NCBI GenBank assembly: GCA_004376695.1
Contig: SOJB01000017.1
Span: 1 to 34,140 of the forward strand
DNA from: Dehalococcoidia bacterium
GTDB taxonomy: Bacteria; Chloroflexota; Dehalococcoidia; GIF9; AB-539-J10
Length of the DNA: 34,140 bases
Reading direction: 5' to 3'
Notes under the pieces: model-generated
The model's database searches: none
Seen by the model: only the letters and a program-made list of their open reading frames with translations
Told to the model about the DNA's origin: nothing
Part shown: positions 1-8,914 of the stretch, piece after piece
How positions within the stretch are numbered: the stretch's first letter is position 1
How the letters are laid out: every line of letters starts with the position of its first letter
Made by a program: the position numbers and the translations under genes

Positions 1-542
1 GTCATGGCAGGCGAATAGACTGCACCACCAGCAGTAGGCCCCATAATCGCGGAGAGCTGAGGGATAACTCCTGAAGCCGCCGAATTCCGGAAGAATATCT
101 GCCCATAGCCTGAAAGGGCATCAACACCCTCCTGAATCCGGGCTCCGCCGGAATCATTGAAGCCGACTATGGGAATACCACACTTCATAGCCAAATCCAT
201 TACCTTGCATATCTTCTTGGCATGCATCTCACCTAGTGTCCCACCCATGGAGGTGAAATCCTGGGAAAACGCACACACCTTGCGACCATCTACCGTCCCA
301 TATCCAGTGATGACTCCCTCTGCAGGAACGACAGCTTTATCCATGCCGAAGGAAGTAGCTCGATGCCGAACAAACAAATCAAGCTCGTGAAAGTTGCCAG
401 GGTCAAAAAACAGGTCGAGCCTTTCACGAGCAGTCAGTTTTCCCGATTTGCGCTGTTTCCCCACCCGTTCCGGACCTCCCATGGCCTTTTCTTTGTTTTC
501 CTTATCATTCAGTTCTCTCAATCTCTGAGCAACCGTGTCCAT
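1..542 (-). CDS. acyl-CoA (propionyl/methylmalonyl-CoA type) carboxylase carboxyltransferase beta subunit, N-terminal part; 3' end runs off the window
   Basis: Not in the ORF track because it is open at the window edge. My reverse-strand translation from ATG at 542 reads [57 protein letters not shown]...[36 protein letters not shown]...[27 protein letters not shown]...[13 protein letters not shown]. This is the typical PccB/AccD5/MmdA N-terminal pattern. SD-like AAGGGGGG lies 5 nt upstream. Confidence 0.85.
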   Translation of the reverse strand, partial: MDTVAQRLRELNDKENKEKAMGGPERVGKQRKSGKLTARERLDLFFDPGNFHELDLFVRHRATSFGMDKAVVPAEGVITGYGTVDGRKVCAFSQDFTSMGGTLGEMHAKKICKVMDLAMKCGIPIVGFNDSGGARIQEGVDALSGYGQIFFRNSAASGVIPQLSAIMGPTAGGAVYSPAM

Positions 543-786
543 CAAATCCCCCCTTACTGGCTGAGTTCGCGACAAACCAGAATATCATAGCTCCGATCTG
601 CAACTAAAGCAACCTTGAGCCAGAAGACTGCCACCGGGACTCGCCAATTCTATTCCACCTGAGTCGCTTGAAATCGCCTCCGGTTCTCGTCCGCCTAACG
701 GCGCCTCGATTCTTGAGGAAATGACAGCCTTATCCACGGATATGCCCAGAGTCTTCTTCCATTAGGGCCTGGCTCTTGGGCTCACA

Positions 787-813
787 GTTACGGGTGTTGC
801 GGGCGTTACGGGC
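787..813. repeat. three tandem copies of a 9-bp unit GTTRCGGGY (gttacgggt gttgcgggc gttacgggc), with a degenerate fourth copy to ~822
   Basis: Read directly in the 400-bp spacer between the divergent carboxyltransferase and cmk genes. Confidence 0.6.
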
Positions 814-942
814 AGTTGTGCTACTATGTTCCATGATTGCAGCTTGAGCTTGATTTCGGGCATGATGCCTACCATCAACCTAACTACAGAGCGAACCTGC
901 ACTCAGACCCAAGAGCTTGACAGCTTGGTTCAGAATGATAAG

Positions 943-1623
943 ATGGAGGGGGCTTTGAAACCACAACTGATTGCGATAGACGGTCCTGTGGCAGTCGGCA
1001 AGAGCACTGTAGGCTCAGTGCTAGCAAGAAGACTGGGCTATGTTTTCTTCGATACAGGTATGATATATCGAGCGTTTACCTGGAAGGTTCTCGAATCAGG
1101 TGTTTCTCCGACAGACGAAGAGAAGATATGTCAGTTGGCAAACATGACCAAATTTGAGTTTGTCGCCGTACGGGAATGGCTTCTATCGCCCCTCATTGAT
1201 GGCGAAGATGTCTCCTCCAAGCTGCTTTGCCCTGAAGTAGAAGAACAGGTTCCCCTGACATCGAAGATAGGCGGAGTACGCCAAGCACTGGTATTGGAAC
1301 AGCGCAGATTGGCCAGGCGAGGAAAGGTGATCATGGCAGGCAGGGACATTGGCACAGTTGTCCTGCCCTGGGCAGAACTGAAGATCTTCCTCACCGCTCC
1401 CACCGAAGAGAGGGCCAAGCGCCGTTACAGGGAACTACTGGCGGGAGGGTTGAACGCGAGTCTAGAAACTGTGCTCAGCGACCTGAAGAGACGAGACGAG
1501 ATGGATATCCGTAGAGCCATCTCACCACTTAGACCCGCTGAGGATGCCATAATAGTCAATACAGAGGGACTTAGCCTAGAGCAAGTCGTGGACAGGATTT
1601 ACGCTCTGGCGGCAGATCTATGA
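943..1623 (+). CDS. cmk: cytidylate kinase
   Basis: Track ORF 826..1623. P-loop IAIDGPVAVGKSTVGSVLARRLGYVFFDTGMIYRA and GRDIGTVVLP are typical of Cmk. The first 39 codons look like upstream read-through, so I chose ATG 943 (MEGALKPQLIAIDGP). Confidence 0.9.
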   Translation: MEGALKPQLIAIDGPVAVGKSTVGSVLARRLGYVFFDTGMIYRAFTWKVLESGVSPTDEEKICQLANMTKFEFVAVREWLLSPLIDGEDVSSKLLCPEVEEQVPLTSKIGGVRQALVLEQRRLARRGKVIMAGRDIGTVVLPWAELKIFLTAPTEERAKRRYRELLAGGLNASLETVLSDLKRRDEMDIRRAISPLRPAEDAIIVNTEGLSLEQVVDRIYALAADL

Positions 1624-2270
1624 CGTTCTCTCAGAAGTTTGTCTCAACCGTATTCAGGCCTTTGCTCAATACTCTCTTCCGCTGGGAAGTAGTAGGAAGA
1701 GAAAATGTGCCCTTGACCGGTTCCCTCATACTGGCAGCCAACCACGTGCATGTCCTTGATCCCCTCTTTCTAGGGTTTGGCTTTCCACGCTGGATTAACT
1801 TCATAGCAAAGGAAGAACTCTTTCGATCTCCCTTTTTAGGACCCTGGCTTCGCTGGGCCGGATCCTTCTCCATACATCGCGGAGGGAAAATCAGGGAGAA
1901 ACAAGAGGTGCTTAAGAGCGCTACCGACGCACTGGAAAGAGGATCAATGCTCGGAGTGTTCCCGGAGGGCAGCCGAAGCCGCGACGGCAAACTTAGAAAG
2001 GGCAAACCAGGCTGCGCAGTTATAGCTTCGCAAGCAGGTGTTCCGATTCTTCCCGTCGGCATCGTCGGCACAGACAGGATTAAGGGCATAAGCTGGCTAT
2101 GGAAGCGTCCCGGCATAGTTGTCAACATCGGCAAACCTTTCAAGCTTCCTCCCACTCATGGCAAGGCGAGCAAATCGCAAAGGCGATTGCTGACCACACG
2201 AATAATGACGGAAATCGCCGCCCTTCTGCCGCCAGAATATCGAGGCGCATACAGAGAACATGAAGATTGA
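1620..2270 (+). CDS. plsC: 1-acyl-sn-glycerol-3-phosphate acyltransferase
   Basis: HxxxxD acyltransferase motif (ANHVHVLDP) and the FPEGSRS block. ATGA overlap with the cmk stop. Confidence 0.85.
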   Translation: MTFSQKFVSTVFRPLLNTLFRWEVVGRENVPLTGSLILAANHVHVLDPLFLGFGFPRWINFIAKEELFRSPFLGPWLRWAGSFSIHRGGKIREKQEVLKSATDALERGSMLGVFPEGSRSRDGKLRKGKPGCAVIASQAGVPILPVGIVGTDRIKGISWLWKRPGIVVNIGKPFKLPPTHGKASKSQRRLLTTRIMTEIAALLPPEYRGAYREHED

Positions 2271-3102
2271 GAAAGCTGAGAAACTGGGCCTGTGCTTCGG
2301 CGTCAGGCGAACCATCAAGCTGCTGAAAGAGGCGGTTGATAAGTATGGAGAGATAGAAACCCTTGGGCCTCTGGCACACAACCGCCTGCTCGTGGAAGCA
2401 TTGGCCGAGCTAGGAGTGAAGCCCATAAAGCATCTCGACGGAGTTCAAGGCAGATTCCTGGCTATCACAACTCATGGTGTAAGCCCACTGGTATTGTCTG
2501 AGATCATGGCTCGTCAGATTCATATCATTGACACCACCTGCCCGATAGTTCGCAAAGCGCAGGACACGGCCAAGGAACTAGCCGAGGCCGGTTTCGAGGT
2601 CGTCATCTTCGGGGAAGCACAGCACTCCGAGGTGAAAGGACTGCTAGGCTGTACAGGAGAGAAAGGTATAGCCGCTCTCAACATGAAGCAGATAGATAGC
2701 TGGGGAAAATCACCATCGCGCCTGGGCATTATCTCCCAGACAACCCAGACGCGAAGTGCCTTTATCGAATTTGTCGGGCAGCTTGTCGGTACGGTTGGTC
2801 CTGAGATCAAGGAAATGCGCCTGATCAACACTTTATGTCAAGTAACACAGGCGCAACAGGAGGCTGCCATGAGACTAGCTCGCAGAAGTCAACTAATGGT
2901 AGTGATAGGCGGTAGCAACAGTGCCAATACCAGGCACCTTGTCGAGACATGTTCATCTCTCGTGGAAACTCACCTGGTAGAAAGGGCAGACGAGGTTGAT
3001 GAATCCTGGTTCGCCGGCAAGCATCACGTTGGCATCACCGCAGGAGCCTCCACCCCAGATGAAGCTGTGGAGGAGTTGATAGCCAAGTTGAGGTCCTTAT
3101 GA
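2260..3102 (+). CDS. ispH: 4-hydroxy-3-methylbut-2-enyl diphosphate reductase
   Basis: LytB pattern with three conserved Cys contexts (LCFGV, TTCPIV, NTLCQVT) and a GGSNSANT block. Overlaps plsC by 11 nt. Confidence 0.9.
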   Translation: MKIEKAEKLGLCFGVRRTIKLLKEAVDKYGEIETLGPLAHNRLLVEALAELGVKPIKHLDGVQGRFLAITTHGVSPLVLSEIMARQIHIIDTTCPIVRKAQDTAKELAEAGFEVVIFGEAQHSEVKGLLGCTGEKGIAALNMKQIDSWGKSPSRLGIISQTTQTRSAFIEFVGQLVGTVGPEIKEMRLINTLCQVTQAQQEAAMRLARRSQLMVVIGGSNSANTRHLVETCSSLVETHLVERADEVDESWFAGKHHVGITAGASTPDEAVEELIAKLRSL

Positions 3103-3105
3103 TCT

Positions 3106-3453
3106 TCAGCCAAGCCCACCACTCAGTTGCCTGCCACCAATGAGGTGAAGATGAAGGTGAGGCACCTGCTGCCCCCCCTGAGAGCCGCAATTTATGACCA
3201 AGCGATACCCCCTTTCGGCTATCCCCTCCTTCTCAGCCAACTTTCTAGCTATCATTATTAGACGCCCGGCAAGCTCCTGCTGTCCTTCCATGAGCCGGGC
3301 AGCAGATGTTATGTGCGTTTTGGGAATGATCAGCACGTGTGTGGGTGCCTGAGGGAAGATATCTCTGAAGGCCACGAAATCTTCATCTTGATAGACTATA
3401 TCGCTAGGCACTTCCCCGGCAGCGATCCGACAGAAGATACATTCTTCAGGCAT
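3106..3453 (-). CDS. HIT-family (histidine triad) nucleotide hydrolase
   Basis: CIFCRI...VPSDIVYQDEDFVAFRDI N-terminus and histidine triad HLHLHLIGG. Convergent with ispH, with only 3 nt between the stops. Confidence 0.9.
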   Translation of the reverse strand: MPEECIFCRIAAGEVPSDIVYQDEDFVAFRDIFPQAPTHVLIIPKTHITSAARLMEGQQELAGRLIMIARKLAEKEGIAERGYRLVINCGSQGGQQVPHLHLHLIGGRQLSGGLG

Positions 3454-3587
3454 AGCCTGGTTCCTTCGACACGTTACATCTCCCTGTCATAAGTCCTCAA
3501 TCTGTTCCGAGTGTTTACACACTCCAAACCTAACATATCGTCTCCCGCATCGATTAACTGCTCATTATAGGCTATCCGGGCCGCCTT

Positions 3588-3616
3588 TTGCATTTTTCAC
3601 CCAGATATGATAAATT
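3588..3616 (+). promoter_or_regulatory. sigma70-like promoter candidate for nusA (TTGCAT-N17-TGaTAAATT)
   Basis: -35 ttgcat 3588-3593, 17-nt spacer, extended -10 tg-a-taaatt ending 3616. About 60 nt upstream of the nusA ATG. Confidence 0.4.
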
Positions 3617-3638
3617 GAGTCAAAGGGATTCAGCCTGA

Positions 3639-3661
3639 AGGTGGGGATTACCCACTTTTTT
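3639..3661 (+). terminator. weak terminator-like hairpin plus T6 inside the nusA leader (possible attenuator)
   Basis: gtggg-gatta-cccac (5 GC-rich bp, extendable by G-U/A-U pairs) followed by tttttt, 19 nt before the nusA start. Confidence 0.25.
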
Positions 3662-3679
3662 GTTAATGGGAAACAGAGG

Positions 3680-5029
3680 ATGAAAACTGAACTTAAGGCT
3701 GCGATTACTCAGCTTTCGGCTGAGAGGAACTTGCCCAGAGAGGTGGTCCTGGCTGCTTTGGAATCGGCGCTGGCCTCGGCATACAAGAAGGATACAGCCG
3801 CTCCGGAACAAGATGTTCTGGTGAAAGTTGACCCTAACGCTGGCGAAATCGACTTCTATATTCAAAAGGTCGTCGTTGAGTCGGTTGTCAATCCAAATCG
3901 CGAAATCTCCGTCGATGAGGCTCGAAAACTGCGGCCTACGGCACAGATAGGCGATGTAGTAAGCATAGAATTCACGCCCAGGAGTATTGGCCGTATTGCT
4001 GCGCAAGCGGCAAAGCAGGTCGTGCTCCAGAGATTACGGGAGGCAGAGCAGCGCGTTGTTTATGAAGAGTTCACCAACAGAGAAGGAGACGTTGTTGCCG
4101 GCGCGATTCAGTTCATCGAACCTACGCGAATCTATGTCAGACTGAATAGGACCGAAGCGATACTGCCTTCGAATGAACAGGTTCATAATGAGCATTATCA
4201 CAGAGGCCAGCGACTTAAGTTCTATCTTCTCGAGATAGGCCAGGGGAGCAGAGGGCCTCAGATAATAGTCTCGCGCTCCCATCCGAACCTGATACGCCGG
4301 CTGTTTGAGCTCGAAATACCCGAAGTTCACAACGGGCTTGTGGAGTTAAAGGCCGTTGCCCGCGAGGCTGGACATCGGACCAAAGTGGCAGTGGCTACTA
4401 CTCAAGAAAACGTTGACCCTGTGGGTTGCTGCCTTGGTCCTCGGGGCATAAGGCTGCAGAGTATTCTCAATGAACTACATGGCGAGAAAATAGATGTAAT
4501 CCAGTGGCATAGCGACCCGAGGGTGTTCGTCTCTAACGCCCTCGGTCCGGCTCAGGTAGCAGGCACCAGGGTTGATGAGGAAAGAAGGGTGGCAACCGTG
4601 GTTGTCCCCGATAAGCAGCTGTCTCTAGCCATTGGCAAGGAGGGACAGAATGCCAGGTTAGCGGCAAAACTCACAGGCTGGCGGTTCGATATCAAGAGCG
4701 TCTCTGCGATCGAGGCTGAAAAGGCCATCGTACAAGAGCCAGAAACGGCAGCCGAAGCCCTTGTTCCTGAAATCGTAGAGGAGGAGTCACCCGAAGGAGA
4801 GCCGGTTGAGGAGACCGTTGTGGAGGAACCGATCGAATTTGCCGCCCTCTTCGAGGCCCCGCCTGAGACGCGTGAAGAGAAACCGATTCGCTTTGCCGAA
4901 GAGGTCTTACCGAGTACGTCGAAAGCAGAAAAGCCAGACAAGGCGAAAAGCGGCACCAAAGGTAAAGGAAGAGGAGCGAGACATAAAGAGCAAGCGGACG
5001 GTCTCTGGGTTGAAGAACTCGAGGAATAG
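3680..5029 (+). CDS. nusA: transcription termination/antitermination factor NusA
   Basis: Track ORF 3641..5029. ATG 3680 has AGAGGA just upstream and gives [24 protein letters not shown]1 and two KH blocks ([33 protein letters not shown]). The C-terminus is an acidic then Lys/Arg-rich tail. Confidence 0.93.
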   Translation: MKTELKAAITQLSAERNLPREVVLAALESALASAYKKDTAAPEQDVLVKVDPNAGEIDFYIQKVVVESVVNPNREISVDEARKLRPTAQIGDVVSIEFTPRSIGRIAAQAAKQVVLQRLREAEQRVVYEEFTNREGDVVAGAIQFIEPTRIYVRLNRTEAILPSNEQVHNEHYHRGQRLKFYLLEIGQGSRGPQIIVSRSHPNLIRRLFELEIPEVHNGLVELKAVAREAGHRTKVAVATTQENVDPVGCCLGPRGIRLQSILNELHGEKIDVIQWHSDPRVFVSNALGPAQVAGTRVDEERRVATVVVPDKQLSLAIGKEGQNARLAAKLTGWRFDIKSVSAIEAEKAIVQEPETAAEALVPEIVEEESPEGEPVEETVVEEPIEFAALFEAPPETREEKPIRFAEEVLPSTSKAEKPDKAKSGTKGKGRGARHKEQADGLWVEELEE

Positions 5030-5297
5030 GCATCTGCCTCAGCGTACTTGCATAGCTTGCCGGCGGATCGACGAGAAGAAGGGCTTGATTCGCCTGGTGC
5101 GCACCGGAGATGGAGTGGTCGAGGTAGACGTGTCTGGCAAGAAGGCAGGCAGGGGTGCTTACCTATGCCCCAGGAAAGCTTGTTGGGAAATGGCGCTAAA
5201 GAAGAATCGCTTGGAATATAACCTACGAACAAAACTTAGCGATGACAATCGCCAAATCTTAAGTGAGTATAGCCATAACTCGTTGGAGGAAAGCTAG
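5010..5297 (+). CDS. ylxR: YlxR/DUF448 family RNA-binding protein
   Basis: RTCIACRR...GLIRLVR...GRGAYLC motif set. There is no in-frame ATG. TTG 5010 sits 20 nt inside the nusA 3' end. CTG 5034 behind GAGGA is an alternative. The track ORF from 4806 is an overlap artefact. Confidence 0.75.
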   Translation: MKNSRNRHLPQRTCIACRRIDEKKGLIRLVRTGDGVVEVDVSGKKAGRGAYLCPRKACWEMALKKNRLEYNLRTKLSDDNRQILSEYSHNSLEES

Positions 5298-5299
5298 AT

Positions 5300-7051
5300 T
5301 TGAACGATAATAGATCGGAACTGAAGGAAGACATGCCGCAAGTTGAGCTTCCACCTTCCATAACTGTGAGGCAAATGGCCGAAGTGCTGAAAGTAGAGCC
5401 TGTGAAGATAATCAAACAGCTCATGCGCAAAGGCGTTATGGCCAATGTTAACCAGGCGATCGACTTCGATACAGCAAGTACAATAGCTGCGGAATTTGGC
5501 TATCATGCTAAAGCAGCAATAGAGCATAGAGCTTTACCTTCCCGAAAGGAAGAGGGAGAAGCGAAACTGTCAACTCGCCCTCCAGTGGTTACGGTCATGG
5601 GACATGTTGACCATGGCAAGACCACCCTCCTTGACGTCATCAGGAAGACCAATGTGACTGCTCAGGAGGCAGGAGCCATTACGCAACATATAGGTGCCTA
5701 CCAAACAGTGGTGGAGGGACGCAGAATCACCTTTTTGGATACGCCGGGACATGAGGCGTTCACCGCGATGAGGGCCCGTGGCGCACAGGCAACTGATATT
5801 GTAATCCTGGTAGTTGCTGCCGATGATGGCGTCATGCCCCAGACCGTGGAAGCTGTAGACCACGCCAAAGCTGCCAAGGTACCTATAGTCGTTGCCATCA
5901 ATAAGATTGACAAACCTGATGCTAATCCTGAGAATCTAAGGCAGCAGCTTGCCGATTTGGGCCTGGTCATCGAGGAGTGGGGTGGCGACACCGTCTGTGT
6001 ACCCATGTCAGCCAAGCAAGGACAAGGGGTATCAGATTTGTTGGAAAACCTATTCTTAGTTGCTGACATACTGGAACTGAAAGCTGATCCTGATAGCCCC
6101 GCAGAAGGAGTAATCATTGAGGCCAAGCTGGACAAAACTAAAGGTCCTTTGGCTACCTTTCTCGTTCAGAAAGGAACCCTTAGACGAGGCAATACTGTGG
6201 TAGCTGGCGATGCCTGGGGAAGAGTGAAAGCCATGTTTGATGACAAAGGAAAGCAAGTTCACAAAGCTGGGCCCTCAACTCCCGTAGAAATCCTCGGCTT
6301 GAATGAGGTGGCGAAATCAGGAGATGTTTTTGTTGTACTTCCCGATGAGCACCAAGCGCGAAGCATCGTAGAAAAGCAAAAACATACGAGGGCTCGCGCC
6401 ATCCTAAGTTTAAGTGCACTTTCGAGCCAAATAAGTGATGGCCAAATAAGGGAACTGAACATAGTTTTGAAGACGGATGTCCAGGGCAGCATTGAACCCA
6501 TAAAGACTTCACTGGAGAGGTTGGGCACAGAGAAGGCAAAAGCTAGGGTTATCCATGCTGCCAGCGGGAGTATCACAGAGAGTGATGTACTCCTGGCCTC
6601 AGCGTCAAAAGGCATTGTCATCGGTTTTAACACTCCTGCCTCTCCGGGAGCAATACAGTTAGCCAATACAGAAGCGGTGGGCATCCACCACTATGACGTG
6701 ATTTACAGGCTAGCAGAAGACATGGATAAGACATTGAAGGGGATGCTTGAGCCAACTTATGCTGAAGTACTTAGTGGGCGGGCTGAGGTGAGAGCTGTCT
6801 TCGCCAGCAGCAAGCTAGGCAAGATAGCTGGAGTATATGTTATGGAAGGGAAGATACGGAGGGATGCCCAGGTCAGGATACTGCGCCAAAACAAGGGTAT
6901 TGGCGAATCTCGGGTCTCCAGCCTGAAGCGTTTTACAGAGGACGTCGCTGAAGTCTCCGCTGGCCTCGAATGTGGCCTGGGGATAGAAGGAAGTGTCGAT
7001 TTTCAGGTTGGTGATATCGCTGAATTTTACCGAAAGGAAAGAGTAGGCTAA
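5300..7051 (+). CDS. infB: translation initiation factor IF-2 (short form, 583 aa)
   Basis: GTPase motifs VTVMGHVDHGKTTLLD, DTPGHEAF, NKID. TTG 5300 follows GGAGGA. ATG 5333 with AAGGAAG is an alternative start. Confidence 0.93.
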   Translation: MNDNRSELKEDMPQVELPPSITVRQMAEVLKVEPVKIIKQLMRKGVMANVNQAIDFDTASTIAAEFGYHAKAAIEHRALPSRKEEGEAKLSTRPPVVTVMGHVDHGKTTLLDVIRKTNVTAQEAGAITQHIGAYQTVVEGRRITFLDTPGHEAFTAMRARGAQATDIVILVVAADDGVMPQTVEAVDHAKAAKVPIVVAINKIDKPDANPENLRQQLADLGLVIEEWGGDTVCVPMSAKQGQGVSDLLENLFLVADILELKADPDSPAEGVIIEAKLDKTKGPLATFLVQKGTLRRGNTVVAGDAWGRVKAMFDDKGKQVHKAGPSTPVEILGLNEVAKSGDVFVVLPDEHQARSIVEKQKHTRARAILSLSALSSQISDGQIRELNIVLKTDVQGSIEPIKTSLERLGTEKAKARVIHAASGSITESDVLLASASKGIVIGFNTPASPGAIQLANTEAVGIHHYDVIYRLAEDMDKTLKGMLEPTYAEVLSGRAEVRAVFASSKLGKIAGVYVMEGKIRRDAQVRILRQNKGIGESRVSSLKRFTEDVAEVSAGLECGLGIEGSVDFQVGDIAEFYRKERVG

Positions 7052-7077
7052 CGATGCTTTCCGGATAGGAGACCCGA

Positions 7078-7425
7078 ATGAGCAGGCGAAGTGAACGAAC
7101 AAGCAAACTCATCCAGCGGGAAATCAGCGGACTGCTCGAGCGCGAGGTTAGTGACCCCAGGCTTAGCAGGCTTATCTCAGTAACAGAAGTGAGGCTGTCA
7201 CCCGATCTCAGGCATGCTAAGGTGTTTGTTAGCACGCTGGGTAGCGAGATAAACAAGGAGGATATGCTGGCAGGCTTTAACAAGGCTTCAGGATTCTTGC
7301 GCACGGAACTCGCATTGCACCTGAAATTGAGATATACCCCGCAACTCAGCTTTCATTATGATGATTCCATTGAGCGGGGAGCGAGGTTACTCAAGTTGAT
7401 CGGGGAACTAACCACCACTGAATAG
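7078..7425 (+). CDS. rbfA: ribosome-binding factor A
   Basis: RSERTSKLIQREISGLLEREVSDPRL...VTEVRLSPDLRHAKVFVS is the typical RbfA pattern, in the canonical position after infB. Confidence 0.9.
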   Translation: MSRRSERTSKLIQREISGLLEREVSDPRLSRLISVTEVRLSPDLRHAKVFVSTLGSEINKEDMLAGFNKASGFLRTELALHLKLRYTPQLSFHYDDSIERGARLLKLIGELTTTE

Positions 7426-7461
7426 CTGTATTCGTGTTCAACCGGGACTTCTTCGAAGGTA

Positions 7462-7491
7462 TTGACATTGCGATATGCAAATATGTATAAA
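7462..7491 (+). promoter_or_regulatory. near-consensus sigma70-like promoter (TTGACA-N18-TATAAA) ~240 nt upstream of ino1
   Basis: ttgaca 7462-7467 and tataaa 7486-7491, with tg immediately upstream of the -10. Confidence 0.45.
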
Positions 7492-7730
7492 TCGGCACAT
7501 GAAGAGAAACCTGAGTGCGTCCCTGTCCGAGATTCCGGTGGTTATCAGCGGATGCATGTGGCCCCAAATCCAGGGCAAAGAAACAGATGATAGATGCCCA
7601 GAGCAAGACCATTAAGGACGCGAAACGATCGATTCAGGGAGTCTGTTCTGTGCGCGGAACGGATGTATCTGGGACGGTTGGCGCTTGATTCACATAGCAG
7701 GTTCTCCTCAAACATAAAACGGAGGTGAGA

Positions 7731-8855
7731 ATGGGAGCGATAAACGTAGCTATCATAGGTGTCGGCAACTGCGCCTCTTCTCTGGTACAGGGAGTCCGTT
7801 ACTATAAGAACGCTAAGGAAAATGAACCTGTTCCTGGTCTGATGCACGTCAACCTGGGAGACTATCATATAGCCGACATAAACTTTGTGGCAGCCTTCGA
7901 TATCGATAAGAGCAAAGTGGGCAAGGATTTGGCTGAGGCCGTTTTCACCAAGCCAAATAACACTGTCAGGTTCTGTGATGTACCTAAGACAGGCGTCCGA
8001 GTTGAGCGGGGCATGACTCATGACGGACTGGGCATCTATCTGTCCAAGATCATCACCAAGGCGCCTGGTCCCACTGCCAACATTGTAGAGATACTCAGAA
8101 AGACCAAAACCGACGTGGTGGTTAGCTATCTGCCTGTAGGGAGCGAGGAGGCCACGAAATGGTATGTCGAGCAGATACTGGCCGCCGGTTGCGGCTTCGT
8201 CAACTGCATACCTGTTTTCATTGCACGCGAACCTTATTGGCAGAATCGCTTTGCAGAGCGCGGACTGCCCGTTATCGGCGATGATATCAAATCCCAGGTC
8301 GGCGCCACCATAACTCATCGGGTGTTAACCAGGCTCTTCCGTGACCGCGGAGTCAAACTGGAGCGGACATACCAGCTTAACTTCGGTGGCAATACCGACT
8401 TCTACAATATGCTTGAACGACAGCGTTTGGAATCCAAGAAGATCTCCAAGACCGATGCTGTGACCTCACAGTTAGACTACGTTCTCGATCCTGACAACAT
8501 CCATGTCGGTCCCAGTGATTATGTGCCCTGGCTGACTGACCGCAAGTTCTGCCACCTGAGAATGGAGGGGCGCACCTTCGGCGATGTTCCTTTGAACCTG
8601 GAACTGAAGCTGGAGGTATGGGATAGCCCTAATTCGGCCGGAGTGGTTATCGATGCCATAAGATGCTGCAAATTGGCCCGAGACCGCGGCTTAAGCGGGA
8701 CCATTGTGGGGCCTTCAGCCTACTTCATGAAATCTCCGCCCATTCAGTATTCTGACGAGGAAGCTCGCACAAGGACGGAGGGATTCATTGCAGGACAAGA
8801 GCAGGAATGTCCTGTCTCTCTGCCTGAACTGGAACCGGTTGAGGTTGAGGGATAG
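7731..8855 (+). CDS. ino1: myo-inositol-1-phosphate (inositol-3-phosphate) synthase
   Basis: N-terminal Rossmann [19 protein letters not shown], then SYLPVGSE and the prokaryotic MIPS layout. GGAGG sits 5 nt before ATG 7731; the track start, GTG 7725, lies inside the SD. Confidence 0.85.
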   Translation: MGAINVAIIGVGNCASSLVQGVRYYKNAKENEPVPGLMHVNLGDYHIADINFVAAFDIDKSKVGKDLAEAVFTKPNNTVRFCDVPKTGVRVERGMTHDGLGIYLSKIITKAPGPTANIVEILRKTKTDVVVSYLPVGSEEATKWYVEQILAAGCGFVNCIPVFIAREPYWQNRFAERGLPVIGDDIKSQVGATITHRVLTRLFRDRGVKLERTYQLNFGGNTDFYNMLERQRLESKKISKTDAVTSQLDYVLDPDNIHVGPSDYVPWLTDRKFCHLRMEGRTFGDVPLNLELKLEVWDSPNSAGVVIDAIRCCKLARDRGLSGTIVGPSAYFMKSPPIQYSDEEARTRTEGFIAGQEQECPVSLPELEPVEVEG

Positions 8856-8914
8856 GAGCCTTTCCGCCGTAGGTGCTAGCTTCAAACAATCCAGCCTGAA
8901 AGTAAACCTGTTAC

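Noticed and set aside
585-737. 50-codon reverse-strand GTG ORF (VDKAVISSRIEAPLGG...) just upstream of the carboxyltransferase gene
   Set aside because: No SD and no resemblance to biotin-carrier or epsilon subunits. It is too short to support.
4806-5009. Upstream part of the track ORF 4806..5297 (Arg/Lys-rich)
   Set aside because: It lies in an alternative frame of the nusA C-terminal tail. The YlxR homology begins only around 5030, so the long form is an ORF-caller artefact.
4552-5232. 226-aa and 113-aa reverse-strand ORFs over the nusA 3' end and ylxR
   Set aside because: Ser/Ala/Pro/Leu-rich low-complexity translations antisense to well-supported nusA and ylxR frames. No start context.
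7545-8318. 257-aa reverse-strand ORF overlapping ino1
   Set aside because: It is entirely antisense to a gene with strong MIPS motifs, it has no SD or recognisable domain, and its composition is typical of antisense read-through.
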